This document shows, piece after piece, positions 9,761 through 19,316 of a DNA stretch of 64,000 bases. The DNA comes from an uncultured Gammaproteobacteria bacterium. Its GTDB lineage: Bacteria > Patescibacteriota > Patescibacteriia > Magasanikbacterales > UBA922. The notes beneath the pieces are model-generated. The model worked only from the letters and a program-made list of their open reading frames with translations. It searched no databases and had not been told where the DNA came from. Positions within the stretch are counted from its first letter, which is position 1. Every line of letters begins with the position of its first letter. Position numbers and translations under genes: made by a program. The DNA lies in the NCBI GenBank assembly GCA_964566225.1, contig CAZMHV010000001.1, forward strand, positions 149,963 through 213,962. The letters are read 5' to 3'.

Positions 9761-10618
9761 ATGACAAAATTTTTTACCTATCTTATTTTTATTGGTCTGC
9801 TTATTTACGTGCTCCTCAATGGAGTCACCTGTGTTACCATCAAAAAAGAATTTTATTCTTCTTCAAATTCTGGTGATACGCCTGTGGTTGTGACAAATCC
9901 AAAACTCGCAAAAGCGAGTGAGCCAGTTCAACCACAAGAAATCACAACAGAAACAATTGCCAAACTTACGAGTCAAGGTGAAAACGCAAAGAAAATCTGT
10001 AAAGATTTACAAGGACAATCTGAACTGTATATTTCTCACGACCAAAAAATTCCAGAAGAACGAATTCGTTGTACTTTTAAACTGAGTGGATCGGGTGTAG
10101 TGACATGTGAACAACGTGAGTTGGCTGAACAAACGTGTTCTGTGCAGCTCTCCAATAAATGTAGCCAGCTTGGAGGGACATATATTCAAAGTGAAAAGTC
10201 TTCTGTCTGTTCTTTTGGTAAAGCTGGTGAGTGTACTTCAGACCAGTTGCAGTATGATAACTGTCGACTCCAAAATGTATATGTTCAAAATCTTACCTAT
10301 ACGGTTCCTGAGGCCTATACTGTTTCTATTTCAAAAACTCAGGCAACAGAAAATCCATTTATGATTACTTTTTTGAGAAAAGATATTTCCAAGTGTGGAA
10401 AATTAGAAATCTTTAAAATGGATTATTTTACCAAAAGAGAAGCCGTTGCTCCAGCTGGAACTGACGAAAGCAAATTGTGTAACTATATTCCACGAAAAAC
10501 ACAGAAAATAACTTTGGGTAACGAAACATTTGATGTATGGTTTTATGCGGATATTGCTGATGCTAACGTACTCGGTGAACTTGAAAACATTTTGACAACG
10601 ATTCAGATAAAAAAGTAG
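9761..10618 (+). CDS. Membrane-anchored secreted protein with two DUF333-like Cys-rich repeats
   Basis: N-terminal TM followed by two repeats (KKICKDLQGQSELYISHD...RCTF and CSQLGGTYIQSEKSSVCSFGKAGECTSD) resembling the 8127..8420 product. Confidence 0.5.
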   Translation: MTKFFTYLIFIGLLIYVLLNGVTCVTIKKEFYSSSNSGDTPVVVTNPKLAKASEPVQPQEITTETIAKLTSQGENAKKICKDLQGQSELYISHDQKIPEERIRCTFKLSGSGVVTCEQRELAEQTCSVQLSNKCSQLGGTYIQSEKSSVCSFGKAGECTSDQLQYDNCRLQNVYVQNLTYTVPEAYTVSISKTQATENPFMITFLRKDISKCGKLEIFKMDYFTKREAVAPAGTDESKLCNYIPRKTQKITLGNETFDVWFYADIADANVLGELENILTTIQIKK

Positions 10619-10620
10619 AT

Positions 10621-11040
10621 ATGAGGACCGTAATGATTTTTGGGACATTTGACGTCGTGCATCAAGGACATCTGCATTTTTTTCAGCAAGCCAGAAAATA
10701 TGGTGACTATCTCATCGCAGTTGTGGCTCGTGATGCTCGTGCAGAAAAGATTAAAAATAAAAAATTATTGCATACTGAAAAAGAAAGAAAATTTTTTTTG
10801 GAAGCAATCAAATATATTGATAAGGTTATACTTGGAGATAAAAAAGATGTGTATGCTGTTATTCACAAAATAAAACCAGATTGTATTGTACTTGGCTATG
10901 ATCAAAAGCATTTTACCGAAAAACTCCAAGAAAAAATTGAAGAGTTTGGATTACATACTACCGTAAAAAGATCCAAACCCTACAAACAAAATACTTTTAA
11001 AACAACACATATTCGTACTCAACTCGAAAAAAGAATGTAA
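10621..11040 (+). CDS. Cytidylyltransferase-fold nucleotidyltransferase (RibL-type FMN adenylyltransferase / TagD-like)
   Basis: (H/T)xGH motif IFGTFDVVHQGH, and the whole length resembles the archaeal FAD synthetase RibL and glycerol-3-phosphate cytidylyltransferase. Confidence 0.6.
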   Translation: MRTVMIFGTFDVVHQGHLHFFQQARKYGDYLIAVVARDARAEKIKNKKLLHTEKERKFFLEAIKYIDKVILGDKKDVYAVIHKIKPDCIVLGYDQKHFTEKLQEKIEEFGLHTTVKRSKPYKQNTFKTTHIRTQLEKRM

Positions 11041-11042
11041 CT

Positions 11043-12086
11043 ATGCCACATCGAAAACTTCTCATTGCTACACAAAACCCAGCCAAAGTGAAAGAAATCA
11101 TGCACGCGTTTGAAACGCTTCCTTTTGAGCTCGTTTCACTCAGTGATTTTTCAAATATCACTGTACCCGAAGAGCCCTATAACACGATTGAATTCAATGC
11201 TATTGCCAAGGCAAAGTACTATGCTGAGCAAACTGGACTCTTGTCACTCGCCGATGATTCTGGTATTTTTGTAGATGCTCTTGATGGCTGGCCTGGAGTC
11301 CACAGCGCACGCATTGGTGAAACCGATGACGAACGAATGAACAAAGTACTCGAGCAATTAAAAGATGTGCCCAAAGAACAACGTGGTGCCTCATTTCGGT
11401 GTGTGCTCGCGGTTGTGGATCCCAAAACAAATTCCATCCACACTTCATACGGCGAAGAGCAGGGGATACTGCTTGATGCGCCAGTGCAAGAACGTCGTGC
11501 TGGCTTTGGGTATGACCCAATCTTTTTTCTCCCAGAACTCGGCAAAACCTATGCAGAAATTCCCGTGGAAGAAAAAAATAAAACCAGTCACCGTGCCAAA
11601 GCACTGCACCAAATGGAATATGTTTTAAAAAAAGAATTTGGTGCACGTCACATTGTAGTGCCCTGTGGTTTCATTATCCAAAATGGACAACTCTATTTGC
11701 AAAAACGCAACGATCCATTCAGACCAGACTACCATGCTAAATGGGAATTTCCTGGCGGCGGAGTTGAATTCGGTGAACAAATTATTTCAAATGTGATTCG
11801 CGAAGTAAAAGAAGAAACTGGTTACGAAGTAGAAGTGGTGCAGCCACTCACTCACATTCAAGTAGAACCTCAAGAATATCCAAATTTTTCCTATCAAGTG
11901 TATCTCATTCCAATGGTCTGCAAAATAGTGGGTGGAAAATTTGAAGCACGAGATCACGAAGTGATGGAAGGAAAATGGTTTGACCTTGATGAAGTGCCAA
12001 GTTTACCACTGGTAGGGAATGATAAAGAGTTTTATGAAAAAGTGGTTGATGAGTTAAAACAAGTAGTTTTAAAATTCTCTTTATAG
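11043..12086 (+). CDS. rdgB: Fusion of RdgB/Ham1 non-canonical purine NTP pyrophosphatase (N-terminal ~200 aa) with a Nudix hydrolase domain (C-terminal ~140 aa)
   Basis: Ham1 motifs (ATQNPAKVKE, SLADDSGIFVDALDGWPGVHSAR, FGYDPIF), then the Nudix box GGGVEFGEQIISNVIREVKEETGY. Confidence 0.8.
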   Translation: MPHRKLLIATQNPAKVKEIMHAFETLPFELVSLSDFSNITVPEEPYNTIEFNAIAKAKYYAEQTGLLSLADDSGIFVDALDGWPGVHSARIGETDDERMNKVLEQLKDVPKEQRGASFRCVLAVVDPKTNSIHTSYGEEQGILLDAPVQERRAGFGYDPIFFLPELGKTYAEIPVEEKNKTSHRAKALHQMEYVLKKEFGARHIVVPCGFIIQNGQLYLQKRNDPFRPDYHAKWEFPGGGVEFGEQIISNVIREVKEETGYEVEVVQPLTHIQVEPQEYPNFSYQVYLIPMVCKIVGGKFEARDHEVMEGKWFDLDEVPSLPLVGNDKEFYEKVVDELKQVVLKFSL

Positions 12087-12091
12087 ATTCT

Positions 12092-12448
12092 ATGAAAGAC
12101 TCTGAACTAAGAGGTATTCCCCCCGAAGAATTCACTCCTCCAAAAGTCTGCTATCTTCTATTTGGTGATTATCATGCTAAGACAAATGAAGAGTTGAACA
12201 GTTTGGTAGAAAAAGTAATTGAAGAAGGGGATATGGATGCTGAACAAAAAGAGTGGTTACAAGATACCTATAAAAATGGAGGAGATTCAGACAAAAATGA
12301 TATTGCTCTGATGGCATTTATTCATTATTCACCCTATCGTGATCTGTTGCTTCAATATGCAAAAGAAAGAAAACTTGCGGGTCGCCAACCACACATTCAT
12401 AATATCGCTGATATCATGATGTCCTACTCTCGAATTTTTAAAGTATAA
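12092..12448 (+). CDS. Hypothetical protein
   Basis: ORF of native composition sitting between two annotated genes; no recognised motif. Confidence 0.4.
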   Translation: MKDSELRGIPPEEFTPPKVCYLLFGDYHAKTNEELNSLVEKVIEEGDMDAEQKEWLQDTYKNGGDSDKNDIALMAFIHYSPYRDLLLQYAKERKLAGRQPHIHNIADIMMSYSRIFKV

Positions 12449-12475
12449 ATCATATCTGTGTTTTAAGTAAGCCAT

Positions 12476-13711
12476 ATGCTCGACATGAAATTTATCCGTG
12501 AAAATGCGGAACTCGTAAAACAAAATTGTGTGAATCGTCATGTAAAGGTAGACATTGACGAACTTTTGCGTTTGGATGAACAACGAAGAGAAATAATTAA
12601 ATCACTCGAAGACTTACGTGCAGAAAAAAATAAAGGATCCAAAGGAAAACCAACTCCAGAAGAAATTGCCAAAATGAAAGAGCTCGGAGAAAAGGTGAAA
12701 GAACTCGAAGCCAAACAGATTGAAATTGATGCGCAGTACCGCGAAGTACTCATGCGTGTGCCAAACATGACACACAGTGAAACTCCAATTGGTGGTGAAG
12801 ATGATTTTACAGTACTCAGTAAAAAAGAACCACGTGATTTTGGTTTTACTCCCAAAGATCACGAAGAACTCATGCTCAATCTTGACCTCATTGATTTTGA
12901 ACGTGGTGCCAAAGTCGCTGGAGCCAAATTTTATTTTGCCAAAAATGACTTGGTTCGTCTCAATCAAGCCTTGCTCAATTACGGCATGGATGTCGTGACT
13001 GCACACGGATTTACCCTCATGGAAACTCCAGACATGGCCAAACAAGAAATTCTCGAAGGTGCAGGATTTAATCCTCGTGGAGAAGAAACACAAATTTATA
13101 CCATTCAAAACACAGACCTTTGTCTTGTAGGTACTGCAGAAATTACCGTGGGAGGTTTTCACAAAGACGAAATTCTCGATCTTTCAAACGGACCAAAAAA
13201 GTATGTGGCTATGTCACACTGTTTTCGTACCGAAGCTGGAGCGTACGGCAGAACCAGTAAAGGACTCTACCGTGTTCATCAATTTACCAAACTCGAAATG
13301 TTTATTTATTGTAAACCAGAAGAAAGTGAAGCCATGCACCAAGAATTGCTCGCTATTGAACGAGAGATCTGTGATGGTCTTGGATTCCCATATCGCGTGA
13401 TTGACATCGCCAGTGGCGATTTAGGAGGTCCTGCGTACCGCAAATACGACCTTGAGGCCTACATGACCATGAAACAAGACTACGGTGAAATTACTTCAAC
13501 CAGTAATTGTACAGACTACCAAGCCCGCCGCCTCAACATTCGTCACCGCAATGCCGAAGGAAATACTGAATTCGTGCACACACTCAATGGTACTGCCGTG
13601 GTACTCAGTCGTTTTCCCATTGCCATTTTAGAAAATTATCAAAATGAAGATGGAAGTATCACTGTTCCAGAAGTGCTCCGCAAATATATGGGAAAAGATA
13701 TTATTAAATAA
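12476..13711 (+). CDS. serS: Seryl-tRNA synthetase
   Basis: N-terminal long coiled coil plus a class II core (motif 2 FRTEAG..., motif 3 GSGLA-like region). Confidence 0.9.
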   Translation: MLDMKFIRENAELVKQNCVNRHVKVDIDELLRLDEQRREIIKSLEDLRAEKNKGSKGKPTPEEIAKMKELGEKVKELEAKQIEIDAQYREVLMRVPNMTHSETPIGGEDDFTVLSKKEPRDFGFTPKDHEELMLNLDLIDFERGAKVAGAKFYFAKNDLVRLNQALLNYGMDVVTAHGFTLMETPDMAKQEILEGAGFNPRGEETQIYTIQNTDLCLVGTAEITVGGFHKDEILDLSNGPKKYVAMSHCFRTEAGAYGRTSKGLYRVHQFTKLEMFIYCKPEESEAMHQELLAIEREICDGLGFPYRVIDIASGDLGGPAYRKYDLEAYMTMKQDYGEITSTSNCTDYQARRLNIRHRNAEGNTEFVHTLNGTAVVLSRFPIAILENYQNEDGSITVPEVLRKYMGKDIIK

Positions 13712-13715
13712 TTAC

Positions 13716-14441
13716 ATGAAAGACCAAACACTCGTGATTGTTCCAGGTTGGGGAGGAAGCCATGAAACATGGGAAAAATTTATGGTGGCTGCACGTCCGC
13801 ATTTTCAAGATGTGGTGTGTATTGATTTACCTTGTTTTGGTGGAAATGCTTGCCCAAAAACTGTGTGGGGTGTTGAGCAGTATGCTGAATACGTCAAATT
13901 AAAAATAAATAAAATTAAAGAAAATACATCAAACGAAATAATTCTCATGGGACACTCATTTGGTGGACAAGTTTCTGCCTACCTGGTTGCAAACAATCCC
14001 CACATTTGCGATAAATATATTCTCAATGCAGGAGCTGTATTTCGTCCCAGTCGTCCTATTCGTCGCGTATTTTTTTGGCTCTTGGCCAAGACAGGAAAAC
14101 TCGTTTTCAAAATTCCCATGATAGAACATGCTGGTGTGTGGGCCAAAAAAATGCTCTATAAAACTGCAGATTCACCAGATTATAGCAAAACCAGTGGCAT
14201 CCAAACCGAAATTTACAAAAAAATTATTCGCCAAGACCTCACCAATGAGCTCCCGAAAATCACCACTCCAACATTGATTGTGTGGGGAACCCTCGATAAA
14301 TATCTTCCGCTCAAAGATGGAATAAATGCCCAAAAACTCATCAAAGATTCAAAAATAGAAATCATTTCAGGCGGAACGCATGGTTTGCACCTGTTTAAAA
14401 CAGAAGAACTTTTACAAAAGGTAAAAGATTTTGTACAATAA
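13716..14441 (+). CDS. Alpha/beta-hydrolase fold protein
   Basis: Nucleophile elbow GHSFGG, and an HG-like segment near the C terminus. The start was moved to the first Met after the serS stop. Confidence 0.7.
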   Translation: MKDQTLVIVPGWGGSHETWEKFMVAARPHFQDVVCIDLPCFGGNACPKTVWGVEQYAEYVKLKINKIKENTSNEIILMGHSFGGQVSAYLVANNPHICDKYILNAGAVFRPSRPIRRVFFWLLAKTGKLVFKIPMIEHAGVWAKKMLYKTADSPDYSKTSGIQTEIYKKIIRQDLTNELPKITTPTLIVWGTLDKYLPLKDGINAQKLIKDSKIEIISGGTHGLHLFKTEELLQKVKDFVQ

Positions 14442-14446
14442 TTGAT

Positions 14447-16045
14447 ATGCCGACACTCTTGGTGGGAACAATTTATATACTCTGGCTTTTGAGCGCGCTT
14501 GTAGAGTACGCTGATTATTGTTCTCTTTGGCAACTCAAAGAATATCGTCGAGATCGATTTCGTGATTTCATGTCTACTGAGCAGGGGAAACGATACTTTA
14601 TTCGTTTTTCTTTTGTGTATCGTTTTTTAGCACTCTTTGCTGCTGTTTTTTGGCCAATAAATGATACTGAAAATATTCAGTTATTATTTTTGGGTGTACT
14701 TGCTTGTGATTTTTTTTATTTCATTTTTCGATTTTTTCGATATGGTTTGAAACGTCCCAAGCTTACCGTGAAGGCACTTCTTATTATACTCACATCAATG
14801 GCAGTAGGAGGGAGTATATTTTTTTTCAGTCAAGATTGGGTACTTCCATTTTTTCTTTTGGTAAGTCGGTTTTTTATCCTTACTGCTGTCGTGGCATTGT
14901 GGGAGTTGCCTACACGTATCTCCAAAAAATATCTTATTGCTTCCGCAACAAAAAAAATGAAAAATTATCCCAAGCTTACGGTTATTGGTATTACAGGCAG
15001 TTATGGAAAAAGTTCAGTCAAAGAATTTACATCACACCTTCTCTCACAAAAATATAATATTATCAAAACACCCAAAAATACCAATAGCGAAATTGGTATT
15101 GCCAAATTTATTTTACAAACAAATTTTTCAGAAGCTGATTTTTTTGTAGTAGAAATGGGAGCCTATACAATGGGAGAAATCAAGCTCATTTGTGATATGG
15201 TTCAACCTACCATAGGTGTACTTACTGCTGTTGCCGAGCAGCACCTTTCGCTTTTTGGGAGCATGAAAAACATCCAAACTGCCAAATATGAATTGTTGCG
15301 TTCTCTGCCACCGACTGGTCTTGTCATAACCAATGCTGACAACCATTACTGTACCGAATTACTTTCTGAACTTCAATGCAAAAATGTCATCACATTTGGT
15401 ACAGACGAAGAAAAACATCCAAATTGTCTTACCACAGATATTCGAGCTACTACCCGAGGAACAGAATTTGAAGGCACATTTGATGGTCATACCGGACGAG
15501 TTTCCACACCGGTTATTGGCGCTCATCATGCTTACAATATTGCCCCTGCAGCGATTATTGCTCTTCGTTTTGGCCTCACACGTGAACAAATTGAACATGG
15601 ATGTGCCACACTTCCTACGGATATTCATGGTTCATTGCAAATTTATCACTATGGCGCGGCAATCATTGTTGATGATAGTTACAATTCCAATCCACAAGGA
15701 TTTAAATCAGCGCTTGATGTGTTGGCTTCGTATTCATCTGAGAGAGAACGTATTGTTATCACTCGTGGTATGCTTGAACTGGGTGAAAAATCTTTTGAAA
15801 TGCACGAGCGTATTGGAGAAGAAATTGCTTTTGCGGCTGATCAATTGGTAGTGATTACACCAGATTTTTTGGAGCCACTGCAGCGTGGTGTTGGTCAAAA
15901 ATATCGCACCAAGGTTTTATTTATTGATGAGCCTGAAAAACTTTTGCAATATTTACAGACGTTGAAAGAAAAAAAATGTGTGGTCTTACTTGAAAATCGT
16001 CTTCCAGCAAATATTGTTTCTGAATTATCAACCTATCATTCATAA
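14447..16045 (+). CDS. MurF-like Mur ligase whose N-terminal substrate-binding domain is replaced by a ~170-aa polytopic membrane domain
   Basis: Five predicted TM helices, then the Mur ligase P-loop VIGITGSYGKSS and the C-terminal MurF/Mpl signature DDSYNSNP. Confidence 0.72.
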   Translation: MPTLLVGTIYILWLLSALVEYADYCSLWQLKEYRRDRFRDFMSTEQGKRYFIRFSFVYRFLALFAAVFWPINDTENIQLLFLGVLACDFFYFIFRFFRYGLKRPKLTVKALLIILTSMAVGGSIFFFSQDWVLPFFLLVSRFFILTAVVALWELPTRISKKYLIASATKKMKNYPKLTVIGITGSYGKSSVKEFTSHLLSQKYNIIKTPKNTNSEIGIAKFILQTNFSEADFFVVEMGAYTMGEIKLICDMVQPTIGVLTAVAEQHLSLFGSMKNIQTAKYELLRSLPPTGLVITNADNHYCTELLSELQCKNVITFGTDEEKHPNCLTTDIRATTRGTEFEGTFDGHTGRVSTPVIGAHHAYNIAPAAIIALRFGLTREQIEHGCATLPTDIHGSLQIYHYGAAIIVDDSYNSNPQGFKSALDVLASYSSERERIVITRGMLELGEKSFEMHERIGEEIAFAADQLVVITPDFLEPLQRGVGQKYRTKVLFIDEPEKLLQYLQTLKEKKCVVLLENRLPANIVSELSTYHS

Positions 16046-16053
16046 ATTTTTTT

Positions 16054-17310
16054 GTGTTAAAGCCATTATTTACTGGATTCATGCCAAATCTAAAGTCTGA
16101 AGATGTTGTAAAGGCGTTGTCTTTTTTGGCTCCTTGGAATGCATCAAAATTGCAGCAAGGAAATGCTGAAAAAAAAGTAGAAGAGTGGTTACAAAATTTT
16201 TATACAGGTTCCTCTGTTTTTTGTTTTGATAGTGGAAGAAGTGCACTTTATATAGCACTCAAAGCCTGCGAACTTGAACCTGGAGATGAAGTCTTGGTCC
16301 AGGCCTATACTTGTGGAGTCGTGAGTAATGCTATTGTGTGGAGTGGTGCTAAACCAGTATATGTAGACATTACTACAAATTTCACCATGGATGCTACTGA
16401 TCTTGAGAAAAAAATTACTCAAAAATCAAAGGTACTTATTATTCAACACACTTTTGGTATTCCTGCAGATATTGATGCACTTCAAGCACTTGCCAAACAG
16501 CATAATCTGCTCATAATTGAAGATTGTGCCCATGTTATGGGAGGAACATATCAAAATCAACTTTTGGGCACTTTTGGCGACATTGGCATGATGAGTTTTG
16601 GCACTGAAAAACCCGTCTCTTGTGGACGTGGAGGGGCGCTTCTGACCCAAAATTCAGCATTGGCACAAAAAATTTCTGCGTTACAAAGTTCACTCTCCTA
16701 TGCTCCAAAATCCGTTATCCAAAAACAACTGTTTACATTTGTAGTATTTTTTGTCAGTAAACCATTGTATTTTTGGGGAGTAGGGAAGTGGGTTCTTGGA
16801 TTATTCAAAAAGTTCAATCGTATAAGCAAAATTATTGAACCCCAAGAAAAAAGAGGAGAAAATCTTCCTTTTTATCCGTCACGACTTCCACATGCTTTGG
16901 CATATATTTTATTGAATCAGTTGTCTTCGTTGCAACAGTTCAATACTGTGCGACATGAGAGTGCCACCTACTATAAAACTGAGCTTGAATCAACTTCTTT
17001 TGTTCCTTCAAGTATACGAGAGTGTGATGAAATTATTTATTTTTTACGTTTTCCATTACTCGTACCAAATCCTGCCGAGCTCCATACTTTGGCCAAAGAA
17101 CAGGGGATTTTACTCGGGGATTGGTACTCCACTCCTATTGCACCTGCTGATGTACATGCTGAGCGTATGGGGTATGTTGCCAAGAGCTGTCCTGTGGCCG
17201 AAAAATTAGCCGCACAGTCAATTAATTTACCAACGCATTATAGTCTTACGCCTTCAGATCGAGAACGAATCGTCAAACTTGTACAAATGTATGCACGTTC
17301 AAATCATTAA
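16054..17310 (+). CDS. DegT/DnrJ/EryC1/StrS family PLP-dependent aminotransferase
   Basis: Family-typical N-terminal half (GDEVLVQAYTCGVVSNAIVWSGAKPVYVDI, AHVMGG), with the C-terminal part consistent with the sugar aminotransferase fold. Confidence 0.78.
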   Translation: MLKPLFTGFMPNLKSEDVVKALSFLAPWNASKLQQGNAEKKVEEWLQNFYTGSSVFCFDSGRSALYIALKACELEPGDEVLVQAYTCGVVSNAIVWSGAKPVYVDITTNFTMDATDLEKKITQKSKVLIIQHTFGIPADIDALQALAKQHNLLIIEDCAHVMGGTYQNQLLGTFGDIGMMSFGTEKPVSCGRGGALLTQNSALAQKISALQSSLSYAPKSVIQKQLFTFVVFFVSKPLYFWGVGKWVLGLFKKFNRISKIIEPQEKRGENLPFYPSRLPHALAYILLNQLSSLQQFNTVRHESATYYKTELESTSFVPSSIRECDEIIYFLRFPLLVPNPAELHTLAKEQGILLGDWYSTPIAPADVHAERMGYVAKSCPVAEKLAAQSINLPTHYSLTPSDRERIVKLVQMYARSNH

Positions 17311-18310
17311 AAATACAACAGATTGGGAACAATTTTTTTGCACGCAACCCTTTACTCCATTTGTTCAGTCTGGTCGTTATATTGATTTTTATAAACATTT
17401 ATCCGAAGATGGATTTATTTTGGGTATTTACGAAAAGGATACGATTATTGGTGGATCCGTGGTGGTTACCACTCATGCCAAACGTGGAAGTTTTTTGTAT
17501 TTGCCGTATGGTCCTTTGTTACCTGCACAGCAGACCAGTGAAGCTTTGGGTCTTTTTTTGAAATTTCTTACGGACTATGGGCGAGAAAAAAAATTCGATT
17601 TTATACGGGTAAGCCCATTTTTGGACGAAACTCTCACCACAAAAAATTTGTTTGAAACACATGGATTTCGTTCTGCTCCCATGCACGTGCTTGCCGAAAA
17701 TACCTGGCTTCTCGATGTAACTCCGAGTGAAGATGTATTGCTTCAAAACATGAATAAAAACCATCGTAATCTCATCCGTCGCTGTGAACGTGAAGGAGTT
17801 ATTATCAAGCAAACAACACTGCCTTCACATTTGTCTGGACTCAGTGATCTGCTCGATATTACAGCCAAACGTCATGGGTTTAGACGTTTTTCTGCAGAGT
17901 ATATTGAACAAGAATTCAAGAGTTACCTCCCTGACCATGTTGTTTTATTTGAGTCGTTTTTACCCGATGGTACCCTCGACGGAGCTGCTGTTATTATGTT
18001 TTATCATACCATGGCAGCATATAGGCACAGTGCGTCTTTGGGTCTTAACTCCAAACTTCCTACATCGTATTTACTTCAGTGGCGAGTGATACAAGAAGCC
18101 AAAAAAAGGGGAATGCACTGGTATAACTTCTGGGGTATTGCGCCCGAAGGATCTTCTTCAGAGCATCCATTTTTTGGTATAACTCATTTCAAAAAAGGTT
18201 TTGGAGGAATCAAAAAAGATCTTCTGCATTGTCATGATTATCCTCTCACCTATCGATATTGGCTCAACTGGATGGTTGAAACCCTGCGTCGTTTCAAACG
18301 TGGATTCTAA
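17279..18310 (+). CDS. FemAB/FemX-family aminoacyl-tRNA-dependent peptidyltransferase; start may be 17291
   Basis: C-terminal FemAB signature (YLLQWRVIQEAKKRGMHWYNFWGI...FKKGFGG). Confidence 0.72.
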   Translation: MYKCMHVQIIKNTTDWEQFFCTQPFTPFVQSGRYIDFYKHLSEDGFILGIYEKDTIIGGSVVVTTHAKRGSFLYLPYGPLLPAQQTSEALGLFLKFLTDYGREKKFDFIRVSPFLDETLTTKNLFETHGFRSAPMHVLAENTWLLDVTPSEDVLLQNMNKNHRNLIRRCEREGVIIKQTTLPSHLSGLSDLLDITAKRHGFRRFSAEYIEQEFKSYLPDHVVLFESFLPDGTLDGAAVIMFYHTMAAYRHSASLGLNSKLPTSYLLQWRVIQEAKKRGMHWYNFWGIAPEGSSSEHPFFGITHFKKGFGGIKKDLLHCHDYPLTYRYWLNWMVETLRRFKRGF

Positions 18311-18311
18311 T

Positions 18312-19316
18312 ATGAAAAAAAGCCTGTTCAACCCTTACAAGTTAAAACGAAAAGTAAAACGTGGTGTGTTTTCATCACAGCACGGTGTTGGTATTGACGA
18401 ACGACTCTCTCTTCGTCCATTTGATGGAGAAAAACGTTGGAGTCGAAATCCCTATGAACCTCGTCCTGCACAAGCACTCAAACGAAAAGTAGAAGTGGGA
18501 ATTTTTGTCGTATCACTGCTGACAATTTTTGGACTTTGCTTTTTTCATCCATATTTTTCAATTCGTGTGTATTCAGTCTCTGGACTTCACCGAATGAATG
18601 AAAGTGTTCTCACTCAATCAATTCAACATCAACTTGAAGGAAAAAAATATTTTGTTTTGAACAAAAATAACTATTTTGCTATTGATGTCTCCAAAGTACG
18701 AGATAATTTACTCAGTGAATATTCTTTTCAATCAATTCGAATTCAAAAGAAGTTTCCACATACGCTTGCGGTTGAAGCAGTTGAGAAAACACCGGTGTTT
18801 TTGTATGACAGTGGCAAGGAATACACCCTTATTGGTGAACAGGGAGAAAAACTTGAAGTTATTCGTGCTGTGGGTCCAGATGAGTGGAGTGTTGTTTCAC
18901 GTATGGTGAGTTCTACCAGCAGTACCGCAGAAGGATTTGCACAGCAAGAAATAGTAAGTCAAACACATCGTCCCAATACGGCCAACTTGGTTGTCGCCGG
19001 AGTAAGTTATCCTATTTTATTTGATGCACGTGAAATTTCACAAAGCCGTGAGTATATATTTCCAATTCATATTGTTCAAGGTATAAAAAAATGGAATGAA
19101 TTTCTCATATCCAAAGGCATGCCTCTTTCTTTTATTGAAATGCAAGGTGGGGGAGAAGAGGGGTATATTCATTCAACCAGTGGTTGTAACATTGCTATGA
19201 AGTTTGCTGATGCGGATATTGCTTTTCCTGTATTTTTGTCGCTTTTGCCACAAATTGATAAAAAGACATGTCAGTATGTGGATATGAGATATTTGAGTCG
19301 GGTGTATTGGAAATAA
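18312..19316 (+). CDS. ftsQ: Cell division protein FtsQ/DivIB-like (POTRA domain)
   Basis: Basic cytoplasmic N terminus, a single TM, then POTRA-like IRVYSVSGLHRMNESVL...FPHTLAVEAVEKTPVFLYD. The start was trimmed to the first Met after the femX stop. Confidence 0.62.
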   Translation: MKKSLFNPYKLKRKVKRGVFSSQHGVGIDERLSLRPFDGEKRWSRNPYEPRPAQALKRKVEVGIFVVSLLTIFGLCFFHPYFSIRVYSVSGLHRMNESVLTQSIQHQLEGKKYFVLNKNNYFAIDVSKVRDNLLSEYSFQSIRIQKKFPHTLAVEAVEKTPVFLYDSGKEYTLIGEQGEKLEVIRAVGPDEWSVVSRMVSSTSSTAEGFAQQEIVSQTHRPNTANLVVAGVSYPILFDAREISQSREYIFPIHIVQGIKKWNEFLISKGMPLSFIEMQGGGEEGYIHSTSGCNIAMKFADADIAFPVFLSLLPQIDKKTCQYVDMRYLSRVYWK

